Below the pieces are notes generated by a model. That model was not told the origin of the DNA, did no database searches, and worked only from the letters and a program-made list of their open reading frames with translations. A stretch of 64,000 nucleotides of DNA from Squalus acanthias (lineage: Eukaryota): assembly GCA_030390025.1 (NCBI GenBank), contig CM059432.1, positions 149,732,001 to 149,796,000 on the forward strand, in the 5' to 3' direction. Shown one piece after another: positions 13,259 to 24,975 of this stretch (its first letter is position 1; every line of letters begins with the position of its first letter). The translations under genes and the position numbers were made by a program.

Positions 13259-14750
13259 ATAGATTTAGCACCTCAGCCATGCCCTCTGCCTCCACAAGAT
13301 CATCATTTTGGTCCCTAATCAGTCCCACCCTTCCTTTGACTACCCTTTCACTATTTATATGTTTATAAAGTGGGTAGTACTCTCGCCTCTGAGTCAGAAG
13401 GTTGTGGATTCAAGTCCCACTCCAGGGACTTTAGCACAAAAATCTAAGCTGACACTCCAGTGCAGTGCTGAGGGAGTGCCGCACTGTTGGAGGTACCGTC
13501 TTTCAGATGAGCCGTTAAACCGAGGCTCCGTCTGCTCTCTCAGGTGGATGTAAAAGATCCTACGGCCACTATTTCGAAGAAGAGCAGGGGAGTTATCCCC
13601 GGTGTCCTGGCCAATATTTATCCCTCAATCAATGTAACCAAAAAAACCAGATTATCTGGTCATTATCACATTGCTGTTTGTGGGAGCTTGCTGTGCGCAA
13701 ATTGGCTACAGCGTTTCCTACATTACAACAGTGACTGCACTTCAAAAAGTACTTCATTGGCTGTAAAGCGCTTTGGAACATCCGGTGGTCGTGAAAGGCG
13801 CTATATAAATGCAAGTCTTTCTTTCGTTCTGTAAAAGACTTTTGCGTTCCCTTTCATGAACCCTCAAATTTATTCTCATACACTCTTTGCTCCTCTCAGC
13901 TCTCCTCTATACTTTCTGTATTCAGTTTACTGCATTATGAGCGTGACATTTATCATAAGCCTCCTTGTTTTGTTTCATTGTAATCTCTATATTGTTAGTC
14001 ATCCAGAGAGCTCTGGCTTTAAATGCCCTTCCTTTCCCCAGTGTGGGAATGTGTAGTCTGTGCCCGAACTATCTCCTCTTTGAAGGCCACCCATCATTGC
14101 TGATTTACTGTTTTACCTTCCAATCTTTGATTCCAATCCATCTGGGCCAGATCCCCTTCCAAATCACTGAAATTAGCCTTCATCCAGTTGAATATTTTCA
14201 CATTTGATTGTTCCTTGTCCTGTTCCACAACTACTCTAAACCTAATGAGATTGCAATCGCTGTTTCCTAAATGCTCCCCCACTGAAACATGCTCCACTTG
14301 TCCCATTTCAAATCCCAGAACCGGATCCAGCACTGCATCCTTCCTCATTGGGCTGGAAACACACTGATCAAGAAAGTTCTCTTGTACACATTTTAGGAAC
14401 GCCTCTCCATCTTTGCACTTAAATCGGTTATTTTCACAGTCTATATTAGGATAATTAAAGTCCCCCATTATCACTACTCTATAGTTCTTGCATCTTTCTG
14501 AAATTGCAAATTTTCTCCTCTATCTCCTTCCCACTATTTGGTGGCCTATAGTATACACCCAGCAGCGGAATAGTTCCTCTATTGTTCCTTAATTAGAACC
14601 AAATAGATTTGTCTTTGAACCTGCAAGTATATCATCCCTTTCCAGTGCTGTAACAGTATCTTTGATCAATACTGCCACCCCTCCTTCCTTTTTTTCCTTC
14701 CCTATCGTTCCTGAATACCTTGTAGCCAGAAATATTAAGTTCCCAACCCT
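13259..14750 (-). mobile_element. Old CR1 ORF2 endonuclease-region fragment
   Basis: IMGDFNYPNID..FLKCVQENFLDQ..VGEHLGNSD; interrupted by a SINE. Confidence 0.85.
13368..13830 (+). mobile_element. DeuSINE, near complete
   Basis: tRNA-like head with B-box-like ggattcaagtccc, Deu core, 3' tail gcaagtctttctttc. Confidence 0.85.
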
Positions 14751-14849
14751 CTGCTGTGTGACTATGTACCAGGTTTGCTTTTAAACACAAGGGCTGTGTG
14801 GATTGAGGTGAACTGGCCCATCAAAATTCCTTTCTATAGCACACATAGG

Positions 14850-15130
14850 GACATTAGCAAAAGGAGTTGGCCATTCAGCCCCTTGGGCCTGCTTAGTTGT
14901 TCAATTAGATCCTGGCTGATCTGCACCTCAACTCCATTAACCCGCCTCTGCTCCATATCCCTGGATAGCTTTACCCAACGAAAATCTACCTAGTCTGTCT
15001 TGAATGCTCCAATTGTCCCAGCACCCACAGCCTTTTGGGGAGAGTTCCAAATTTCTACTACCCTTTATGTGGAAAAAGTGCTTCCTGATTTCGCTCCTGA
15101 ATGGCTTAACTCTAATTTTAAGAATATGCC
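14850..15130 (-). mobile_element. Old CR1 3' end
   Basis: ggccattcagcccctt..agatcctggctgatctg 3' UTR pattern. Confidence 0.65.
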
Positions 15131-15789
15131 CTTAAAGCTTGTTTCGCTATTATGACATGGATATTTGAATTTGCATGATCCTTCTATTTTCACAGCAACT
15201 ACATTACTTGCGATATCCTTAAGATTTCTTGGTGTTTATGGCATATATCTCTGAAACTGTGACTTTTAGGTCATGTCCATCCATGTCCTGTGCTGTTGCT
15301 GTATAGCTAATATGCTGCCTTACCTTTGTGCTCTAATTGTAAGCCATGCAGCTCTCTATGCACCTCTTGCAAGATTCTCCAGTTGTTAACACAGACTTTG
15401 CATTGTCTGTGACACATTGCCATCCTCATGTTCATGCTCCAAGGTAGGGTCCATGCCCAAAATGACTTGAATGCTCTTTCCACAGATGCTACTGGACCTG
15501 CTGAGTGCATCCAGTGTTTTCTGCTTTGGTTTCAGATCTCCAGCATCTGCGGAAGTTTAATTTTTGCCGCCATATCATTTTTGGGGGACAGTCCTCCCTC
15601 ACCATTAATATAAGTTCATTTCTCTGTCACACAGTTTACAAGTCCCTGTTGTGCCCCGTCCAGTAATCTGGCTTTTTCTCTGCATTTGTTGAGACAGTTT
15701 CAGAGAACTCGTGTATTCCACAGCTGGGATAACAAACCTTTTGACATTTTCTTAACTGCTCGGTTGCCTTGTTGACCCCTGGATAAATG

Positions 15790-15935
15790 CGAAATGAGTC
15801 GAGGGTTATGGGGAGCGGGCAGGGAAGTGGAGTTGAGGCCAAGATCAGATCAGCCATGATCTCATTGAATGGCGGAGCAGGCTCGAGGGGCCAAATGACC
15901 GACTCCTGCTCCTACGCCTTATGTTCTTATGATTA
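15790..15935 (+). mobile_element. CR1 3' UTR
   Basis: agatcagccatgatctcattgaatggcggagcaggctcgagggg..ttatgttcttatg. Confidence 0.85.
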
Positions 15936-16271
15936 TGAATGCAGGTGTAGCAAGATTGCCTATTTTTTCATCAGCAATCAAAAAATCATATTTGTACAAA
16001 ATGCACTTTTCAAAATGCCATTTGTTAGCAGATTCAAAATAACAAAGAAAATAGTATTGACATGAATCTTGTCATTCTTGGGAAATGACTTATGACATAA
16101 TACTGGGCGGCCTGCTGGTGGCGCTGTCCAGGGAGAGTATAAATACTCGGGCATGGGCCCAGCTTGCTCAGGACATTCTTTAACAGGAACTAGTGAAGGA
16201 CACAACTAGATCTCCATGTTGTAAAACAGTTGATTAAAGCTTTGTTTAACGCTTAGACCAAGTGCCTAGTA

Positions 16272-16635
16272 CAGGAAACTCTTTATTAACCGGCACCGAC
16301 GGGACCGGCGTGGTGCCGGTTAATCAAAAAGTCCGGATAATGGAGAGTTATATCTCCCAACGTACGAGAGCCCCGTACACATTGACATGCGCCTGCATTC
16401 GGAGCTCCGTCTCCCCGGGGACCGCCAGCTGACCATCTGTCGTGTCCGCTGCCTACCCAGGCTGCACATTCCCCTCCCAATCTACACGCTCCGATACAAG
16501 GCAAACGCCTCGGGGTTTTTTTTAAAGTTAATTTTAAACGAGAGATGAAGGAAAACCCCGGTTACCTACTCAAGAATTTTGCCGGTTAAGAGAGATTTCC
16601 GGATATTTGGGTGCCGGTTAATAAAGAGTTTCCTG
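16272..16635. mobile_element. Tc1/mariner superfamily (pogo/Tigger-like) MITE
   Basis: Perfect 26-bp TIRs CAGGAAACTCTTTATTAACCGGCACC, flanked by TA on both sides. Confidence 0.92.
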
Positions 16636-16829
16636 TAGTTTTCTTACGTCAAGTATTTACACCTGTTTTTTGACAAAAGACCAAAATGAGGGTCCTGTGC
16701 AAACTCTTCAGTTCTTCCACACAGTTCCTAGTCTATCAATTTAGATCTTTTGATACATATTCGAATTGCTCTCATGCATCAACATCACCGTGTCCAAAAA
16801 GGTATCACTAAATACAACAGATACAACAT

Positions 16830-17166
16830 CCTAATGCCCTACATCATTACATAAATTTAAAACAGAAATAGACAGTTTCCTAGAAGTAAAGGGAATTAAG
16901 GGTTACGGGGAGCGGGCAGGAATTTGGACATGAGTCTAGGTTCGGTTCGGATCGGTCATGGCCCTGTGGGTAGCGTAGTGGGCCCAGGGGCCGTGTAGCC
17001 TGATCCTGCTCCTATTTCGTGTGTCCAATTCTGTTAGGTTCAGGAGATGGTTCTGTGATAGTAGATTGGCGGTTAGGATCAGATCAGCCATGATCTTATT
17101 GAATGGCGGAGCAGGCTTGAGGGGCCAATTGGCCTACTCCTGCTCCTATTTCTTATGTTCTTATGT
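16830..17166 (+). mobile_element. CR1 3' end with two successive 3' UTR modules
   Basis: ORF2 C-terminus-like sequence followed by two ..cctgctcctatttc modules. Confidence 0.75.
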
Positions 17167-17189
17167 TAAATGTTTTGGTTTGCTAACAG

Positions 17190-18945
17190 AATGATGCAGC
17201 ACAGGAGGTCACTCGGCCCATCGTGCCTGTGCCAGCTCTGGACTAGAGCTCTCCAATGAGTCTCACTCCCCCTGCTCTTTCCCCATAGCCCTGTCATTTT
17301 TTTTTCCTTCAAGTATTTATCCAATTCTCTTTTGAATGTTATTATTGAATCTGCTTCCACCGCCCTTTCAGGCAGCGCATTCCAGATCACAACAAGTCGC
17401 TGTGTAAAATAATGGTTTCTCATCTTGCCTCTGGTTCTTTTGCCAATCACCTTAAATCCGTGTCCTCTGGTTACCGACCCTTCTGCCACTGGAAACAGTT
17501 TCTCCTTATTTACTCTGTCAAAACCACTCACAATTTTGAACACCTCTATCGAATCTCCTCTTAATCTTCTCTGCTCCAAGGAGAACAACCCCAGCTTCTC
17601 CAGTCTCCCCACGTAACTGAAGTCTCTCATCCCTGGAACCATTCTAGTAAATCTCCTCCGCACCCTCTCCAGGGCCTTGACATCATTCCTAAAGTGTGGT
17701 GCCCAGAATTGTACACAATACTCCAGCTGAGGCCGAATCAATGTTTTATAAAGGTTTAGCATAACTTCCTTGTGATTGTGCTCTGTTCCTCTATTAGTAA
17801 AGCCCAGGATCCCATAGGCTTTTTTAACAGCCTTCTCAACTTGTCCTGCCACCTTCAGAGATTTGTGCACATACACCCCCAGGTTTCCCTGTTTCTGCAC
17901 CCCCTTTAAAATTGACCTCCTTCTGTGCTATATCATTCTATTATTATACTGCCTCTCCTCATTCTTCCTACCAAAATGTATCATTTCACACTTCTCTGTT
18001 AAATTTCATCTGCCATGTGTCTGCCCATTTCACCAGTCTGTCTATGTCCTCCTGAAGTCTATTACTATCCTCCTCACTGTTTACAACATGTCAGAGTTTC
18101 ATATTATCTGCAAACTTTGAAATTATGCCCGACATACCCAATACCATGTCATTAATATACATCAAAAAACTAGTGGTCCTAATACCAACCCCGTGGGACC
18201 ACCACTGTATACTTCCCTCCGGTCTGAAAAACAACCATTCACCACTACTCTCTGCTTTCTGTCCCTTAGCCAATTTTGTATCCATTCTGCCACTGTCCCT
18301 TTAATCCCATGGGCTTCAATTTTGCTAACAATGGCACTTGAAAGTCCATATACACATCTTCAACCACACTGCCTTCATCAACCCTCTCCGTTACTTCATC
18401 AAAGAACTCGATAAACTTTGTCAAACACGATTTGCCTTTAACAAACCTGTGCTGACTTTCATTTATTAGCCCATACTTTTCTGAATGACAATTAACTTTG
18501 TCCCGGATTATTGTCTCTAAAAGTTTCCCCACCACTGACGTTAGGCTGACTGGCCTTTCGTTGCTGGGTTTATTCCTCTCCCCTTTTTTGAACAGAGGCC
18601 TATCATTTGCAATCCTCTGGTACCACATCCATTGGAAGATTGTGGCCAGAGCCTCTGCTATCTTCACCCTCACTTCCCTCAGCAACCTAGGGTGCAGCTG
18701 ATCCAGACCGGGTGACTTTTCTACTTTGAGGTCTGCCAACCTTTTTAAGTACCTCCTCATTCTCTATTTTTATCCTATCCAATATCACTACTGCCTCCTC
18801 CTTTCCTGCTACATTGGCAGCATCCTCTTCTCTAGTGAAGAAAGATGCAAAGTACTCATTTAGTGCCTCACCAATGTCCTCTGCCTTCACAAGAGGACAT
18901 CCTTTTTTGGTCCCTAATTGGCCCCATCCTTCCTTTGACCACCCT
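17190..18945 (-). mobile_element. CR1 ORF2 RT and 3' fragment
   Basis: KSPGLD, RPVSLTSVVGKLLE, ISKFADN, RPQLEYCVQFWAPH and RRLRGDSIEVFK. Confidence 0.95.
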
Positions 18946-19084
18946 TTGCACAAATATAAAACGGATGTCATGGAACTGTACAAATTTCCTGTCACCAACC
19001 AGATTTGAATTTTCTAATTGTTTATAGTACTGCCAGTTTATATCTAGCTCAACAAAGACGATTATAAAAAGTGATTTAATAAAA

Positions 19085-19480
19085 AACTGCAAATGCTGGG
19101 AAGAAACAGCATCTGTAAAGTGAAAGACACCTGTTCGGGTGTGGAACTCTTCATCGCGACAATATGGGGGTAATTTCTAACTGCACCTCCCGGGCGGTAT
19201 CTGTCAGAGCACAATCCCTGTCCGTTACAGAATGCCCCCCACCCAGCAATTTTAATGGAGTGAAAATCGAGGCGGCTTCTACAATGGGCGAGCGATTCAC
19301 TCTGCCAGGTTACCGGCCACGCAGGATTGCTGAAATTTACCTCCATATATGTCTTCACTTTTCAGTTCTCATTCCAGTCTTCAGTTCTGATGAATGGTTA
19401 CACATCGAAAACATTAAGTTGGCTTGTGTTTTTACAGAAGCTGAATGATCTCCCATCTATTTCCAGCATTTTCTGTTTCT
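19085..19480. mobile_element. Degenerate inverted Penelope family 2 termini with a small Harbinger-type MITE (about 19166-19344) between them
   Basis: aaatgctgg..agcatctgt versus ttccagcattttctg; degenerate CTGATGA..GAAA at 19386-19410; MITE ends gggggtaatttc / gaaatttacctcc. Confidence 0.6.
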
Positions 19481-21289
19481 ATTAAGACAAGTGCCTATTG
19501 TTGGACAAACTGCTCAACATACAGTTGCGTGTACTGATCGTGAAGTAAAATACTAAGAATTTCTCTGCTACACACTTTTTTTCTTGCACACTTTCAATTG
19601 TAATGCAGGATTTTCCGATGTGCCAACTATTTCTCAGTACCTTTTGGTTGCTGTAGTTGAATAGATGATTAAAATACCTAAAGTTGTGTAGCATGTTATA
19701 TAGAAAGCGATTTTGAAACTTTAGTTGTAAACATGGTCAAAAGTGCATGGTTGGAGCAGGCTTGAAGGGCCGAATAGCCTACTCCTGCTCCTATTCCTCA
19801 TAATAGTGGAGGTGAAGGGTGCTAACAGCTAAAAAACCATTCAGGAGTAAATACAGTACATGTAAACAGAAAATGGGTACAGTTATCGGCTACGACCATT
19901 GCGAATGCCTGCTGTAGCAACATTACAGTATTCAAAGGAGTGTTTGTGGCAAAAGACTGATCGATAAAAGGGATCAGACTGTGCAGTTTAGCATTGGCTG
20001 TAGTCAGACACCGATACTTCCTGTCAAACAGACCTATTTGGCACAGTGAGGGTTTTGAATATAAGGACAGACATCTCTAAAGGCTTATTCCATACGCATA
20101 AAAAAAAAGTCAGAACTGATTTTAAAACAGTATTAACAAGGTAAAGCTGTTTAGTTTCCTCTTCAGGCTAGACTTTGCGCTTCTTGACTATGAATGGGCA
20201 GTAACCCTGAACCAGAAAAAACATTTGTCACAGATTAACATATAAAATATCGACTTTGAAAGTTGTAATACCCCAGGTACTAATTTAAACGGTTTTAAAG
20301 AGCTACAGCCACTTGGTAAATGGCGTCTAAGATACTTTTACGAGCTTTCTAAATAATGATTTATGACTGACCTGCTGGATGCCTTTTTAAAATGTGGTTT
20401 CCAGCAGATATTAAAACGTACAGCAAACACAACATCAGCTGCAGCACCTACCCAGCCCCGTGCTTAAAGTGTCCGATATCTAACCTGAGCTTTTTGGAAC
20501 AAGATATTTTTGTTTGCTCCAAGAATATAGTTTGCCAAAAAAAAACTCCCAAATGCAATGACCAGGCCCAATAAAAATAAATATATATGCTTTTTTTTTA
20601 AAAAAAAGAGCTCATAACCAAACTCCATATTTTTTTTTTAAACCGGCAATCTGCTTCCCAATTACAATCTTGATGGGGGGATTTTTTTCCCCCAATGAAG
20701 GATCGAACACACGTTGGATTTCAAGATTGAATTCCAGAATGTTTAAATCCATATCTCTTGTGGAATCCTCATTTTTTTTTTAGAAAGAAGATAACTCAAA
20801 GATGTTATGCTGTAAACAACTACTGATGGGCCAACGATTCGAAGAAGTTCCAAAATGAGATAAATGAATTAGTGGGTGTTCCTCCTTTAGTGTTTCTTTG
20901 AATTCAACTGTTTATATTTCTAGGAAGCTTTAGGTGCCATTTGAAACCCCCCACCCCTCGGCCATTTATTTCCATTTGAGTGTGTGTGAGAAGCACCATC
21001 ACATTCATTTAGCTTTAGAAGAAACACGGCCACATTAAGTGGGGTGGGGTGGGGTGGGGGGCGCTATTTCTACCCAGTCCCTTTTTTTGGGCGGGGGGAG
21101 AATTTCGCCACAGTTCCTTGTTCTGGGGGCAGTATTTCCGCAGAGACACTTGTTTCGGGGACAGTCTCTCCAGTGTCTCCCCACTGCTGCTCTCCATTGT
21201 CCCTCATCCCCATTGCGTTCAGGACTTCCCCGAAGGGAAGCAGCTCCCGGCCATACCAACCAAACTGTACCCCACACCCCCCAGACATT

Positions 21290-22412
21290 TCAGTAACCGC
21301 CGCTCTCCCCCCTCCCCCCCCTCAGTAACCATCCCCCTCTCCCCCTCCCCCCCTCAGTAACTGTCCCTCTCCCCCCCTCAGTAACTGTCCCTCTCCCCCC
21401 CTCAGTAACCGTCCCTCTCCCCCTCCCCCCCTCAGTAACCGTCCCTCTCCCCCCCTCAGTAACCGTCCCTCTCCCCCTCCTCAGTAACTGTCCCTCTCCC
21501 CCCCTCAGTAACCGTCCCTCTCCCCCCCTCAGTAACCGCCCCTCTCCCCCCTCCCCCCCTCAGTAACCGTCCCTCTCCCCCCCTCAGTAACCATCCCCCT
21601 CTCCCCCTCAGTAACCGTCCCTCTCCCCCCCTCAGTAACCGTCCCTCTCCCCCCCTCAGTAACCGTCCCTCTCCCCCTCCCCCCCTCAGTAACCGTCCCT
21701 CTCCCCCCCTCAGTAACCGTCCCTCTCCCCCCCTCAGTAACCGTCCCTCTCCCCCCTCAGTAACCGTCCCTCTCCCCCCCTCAGTAACCGTCCCTCTCCC
21801 CCCCTCAGTAACCGTCCCTCTCCCCCCCTCAGTAACCGTCCCTCTCCCCCCCTCAGTAACCGTCCCTCTCCCCCCCTCAGTAACTGTCCCTCTCCCCCCC
21901 TCAGTAACCGTCCCTCTCCCCCCCCTCAGTAACCGTCCCTCTCCCCCCCTCAGTAACTGTCCCTCTCCCCCCCTCAGTAACCGTCCCTCTCCCCCCCCTC
22001 AGTAACCGTCCCTCTCCCCCCCCCATAGTAACTGTCCCTCTCCCCCCTCAGTAACTGTCCCTCTCCCCCCCTCAGTAACCGTCCCTCTCCCCCCCCCTCA
22101 GTAACTGTCCCTCTCTCCCCCTCAGTAACTGTCCCTCTCCCCCCCCTCAGTAACTGTCCCTCTCCCCCCCTCAGTAACCGTCCCTCTCCCCCCCCCTCAG
22201 TAACTGTCCCTCTCTCCCCCTCAGTAACTGTCCCTCTCCCCCCCTCAGTAACCGTCCCTCTCCCCCCCTCAGTAACTGTCCCTCTCCCCCCCTCAGTAAC
22301 TGTCCCTCTCCCCCCCTCAGTAACTGTCCCTCTCCCCCCCTCAGTAACTGTCCCTCTCCCCCCCTCAGTAACTGTCCCTCTCCCCCCCTCAGTAACTGTC
22401 CCTCTCCCCCCA
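21290..22412. repeat. 24-bp minisatellite CTCAGTAAC(C/T)GTCCCTCTCCCCCC, roughly 45 copies
   Basis: Directly visible; gives the periodic GGEGQLLR translation. Confidence 0.97.
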
Positions 22413-22449
22413 CTTCAGTTAACCCACCCCCTCGACGCCAACAACTACA

Positions 22450-23565
22450 GTTACCCCTCTCTCTCTCTCCAGTTACCCCCCTCCTCTCTCTCTATTTATT
22501 CCCCCCTCTCTATTTATCCCCCTCTATTGACCCCCTCTCTCTCTTGTTACCCCCCTCTCTCTCTCATTACCCCCTCTCTCTCTCTCTCTCTCTATTTACC
22601 CCCCTCTCTCTATTTACCCCACTCTCTCTCTCTATTTACCCCCTCTCTATTTACCCCCTCTCTATTTACCCCCTCTCTCTCTCTCGTTACCCCCCTCTCT
22701 CTCTCATTACCCCCCTCTCTCTCTCTCCCTCTCGTTACCCCCCTCTCTCTCTCTCTCATTACCCCCCTCTCTCTCTCTCATTACCCCCCTCTCTCATTAC
22801 CCCCTCTCTCTCATTACCCCCTCTCTCTCTTTCGTTACCCCCACTCTCTCTCTCGTTACCCCTTCTCTCTCGTTACCCCCTCTCTCTCTCGTTACCCCCT
22901 CTCTCTCTCTCTCGTTACCCCCCTCTCTCTCGTTACCCCCCTCTCTCTCGCTACCCCCTCTCTCTCTCTCGTTACCCCCTCTCTCTCGTTACCCCCCTCT
23001 CTCCCGTTACCCCCCTCTCTCTCGTTACCCCCTCTCTCGTTACCCCCCTTCTCTCGTTACCCCCACTCTCTCTCTCGTTACCCCCACTCTCTCTCTCGTT
23101 ACCCCCACACTCTCTCTCATTACCCCCCTCTCTCTCGCTCTCATTACCCCCTCTCTCTCTTGTTACCCCCTCTCTCTCTCTCATTACCCCACTCTCTCTC
23201 TCGTTAGCCCCTCTCTCTTGTTACCCCCCTCTCTCTCGTTACCCCCACTCTCTCTCATTACCCCCCTCTCTCTCGCTCTCATTATCCCCTCTCTCTCCAG
23301 TTACCCCCTCTCTCTCTCTCTATTTAGCCCCCCCTCTCTATTTACCCCCCTCTCTCTCTCTATTTACCCCCTCTCTTTACCCCCTCTCTCTTTACCCCCC
23401 TCTCTATTTACCCCCTCTCTCTCTATTTACCCCCTCTCTATTTACCCCCTCTCTCTCTATTTACCCTCCTCTCTCTCTCTCTATTTACCCCCTCTCTCTC
23501 TATTTACCCCCCTCACTCTCTCTCTCTCTTTACCCCCTCTCTCTATTTACCCCCTCTCTCTCTCG
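22450..23565. repeat. Compound (CT)n-TTACCCC low-complexity array
   Basis: Directly visible; unit variants cgttacccc, cattacccc and atttacccc separated by CT runs. Confidence 0.95.
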
Positions 23566-23569
23566 CTCT

Positions 23570-24200
23570 CCGGTCACCCCCTCCCCCGGTACCTTGGACT
23601 CCTGCTGGCTCAGGGTTGAAGCCGGGGACCCGGGCGTCTCTCCGCCGTCCCGCTGGTTGTCTTCCTCGGTGCGGTCAGTAGCGGGCTGGTCCCGGCTCTC
23701 CTCCGCCGGCAGCTCCCGGTTCGGCATCTCCCGTCCCGGCTTGGCTCTGCGCTGCTGCCACGGTGCAGCTCACGGCATCCCCGGGCCAGCGGGCTCCCGA
23801 GCCTGCGGACGGTGCGGAGCCGGCGGGCGGTACCGGGCAGTGCGGGCGGTGACAGCGCCCGCGGCTCCCGCTCCCGGCGCTCGCTCGCTCTTTAATTATT
23901 CCCGGGATCCGCGATGGCCATCAGTCTCGACGCTTTCCCCAACTCTCGGTGGAGTTTTCAGTGGGTTTTCCCCTCGGGATCCTCACGTATTTCCGGCTGC
24001 GGGATCGATAAAGCAGCAGTCGAGGGGAGACATCAATGGAGCGGCGATGGAGCCCGGAGGAGAGGAGCCGAGTAGAGCCCAGCCCAGCCTAATGCAACTT
24101 TGATGCCTGTCCGTCCTTTGCCAGTCGATCAGCGAGGACAACAAGCGCAGCCAAGCGGCACCGCACCTGTAGCTGGCGAGGACTCGGGTTCTTGTTGAAT
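23570..24200 (-). promoter_or_regulatory. CpG island and probable promoter plus 5' UTR
   Basis: Dense CpG in unique sequence; TATA-like AATAATTAAA on the minus strand at 23891-23900. Confidence 0.75.
23593..23727 (-). CDS. Probable first coding exon of an unidentified host gene (MPNRELPAEESRDQPATDRTEEDNQRDGGETPGSPASTLSQQESK)
   Basis: ATG with G at -3 inside a CpG island; 45 open codons ending AAG|gtaccg (phase 0); no resemblance to the TEs in the window. Confidence 0.65.
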
Positions 24201-24384
24201 AAAAGTTTTGCAGCACAACCCCTGGGTCTGTGGCTGTTTGTCTGCAGCCTTCTGCATTCCTACACCCTGCCCATGTTGCTCGATGTGTTTCCCCCCTCCC
24301 TCCCTCTGCTCCAAGAGCTTTAACTTCATGATTTGTTCATGCTCAAAAAATAAATACAGCGATTTTATTTTTTTTAAATTCGTT

Positions 24385-24815
24385 TTATGGGATGTGGGCG
24401 TCGCTGGCGAGGCGGTCATTTATTGCCCATCCCTAATTGCCCCTTGAGAGGGTGGTGGTGAGCCGCCTTCTTGAACCGCTGCAGTCCGTGCGGTGAGGGT
24501 GCTCCCACAGTGCTGTTAGGGAGGGAGTTCCAGGATTTTGACCCAGCGACGATGAAGGATCGGCGATATACTAAGTCAGGATGGTGTGTGACTTGGAGGG
24601 GAACTTGGAGGTGGTGGTGTTTCCATACGCCTGCTGCCCTTGTCCTTCTAGGTGGAAGAGGTCGCGGGTTTGGGAGGTGCTGCCGAAGAAGCCTTGGCGA
24701 GTTGCTGCAGTGCACCTTGTAGATGGTACACACTGCAGCCACGGTGCGCTGGTGGTGGAGGGAGTGAATGTTTAAGGTGGTGGATGGGGTGCCGATCAAA
24801 CGGGCTGCTTTGGCC
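24385..24815 (-). mobile_element. LINE family B 3' end
   Basis: KAARLIGTPSTTLNIHSLHH; matches 46020-46440. Confidence 0.9.
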
Positions 24816-24841
24816 ATCGATGTCGATGCTCCTTGCCCTCT

Positions 24842-24975
24842 GTGAGAAGTCGCACAACACCAGGTTATAGTCCAACAGCTTTATTTGAAATCACAAGCTT
24901 TCGGAGCGCTGCTCCTTCGTCAGGTGAAGTGAAGAGATACATATAGGCACAGCATATATAGTCAGAGAACACAGC
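24842..24975 (-). mobile_element. Penelope family 1 terminal repeat
   Basis: Matches 30328-30465. Confidence 0.85.
24891..24927 (-). ncRNA. Minimal type I hammerhead ribozyme motif, intact
   Basis: TCAC-CTGACGA-A-GGAGC agc GCTCC-GAAA-GC-TT-GTGA. Confidence 0.85.

Noticed and set aside
13368..13430. tRNA gene
   Set aside because: It is the tRNA-derived head of a SINE and continues directly into the SINE body
15324..15450. Minus-strand exon candidate with donor AAG|gtaagg
   Set aside because: No convincing acceptor giving an open phase-0 frame; peptide unrecognisable
22171..22413. (GGEGQLLR)n ORF
   Set aside because: Translation of the 24-bp minisatellite; no real start context
21290..23565. 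CRISPR-like or telomeric array
   Set aside because: No unique spacers, vertebrate context, and the units are not TTAGGG
22544..24103. 519-aa plus-strand ORF and other L/S/P-rich ORFs
   Set aside because: Artefact of the stop-poor CT/TTACCCC array running into a GC-rich island
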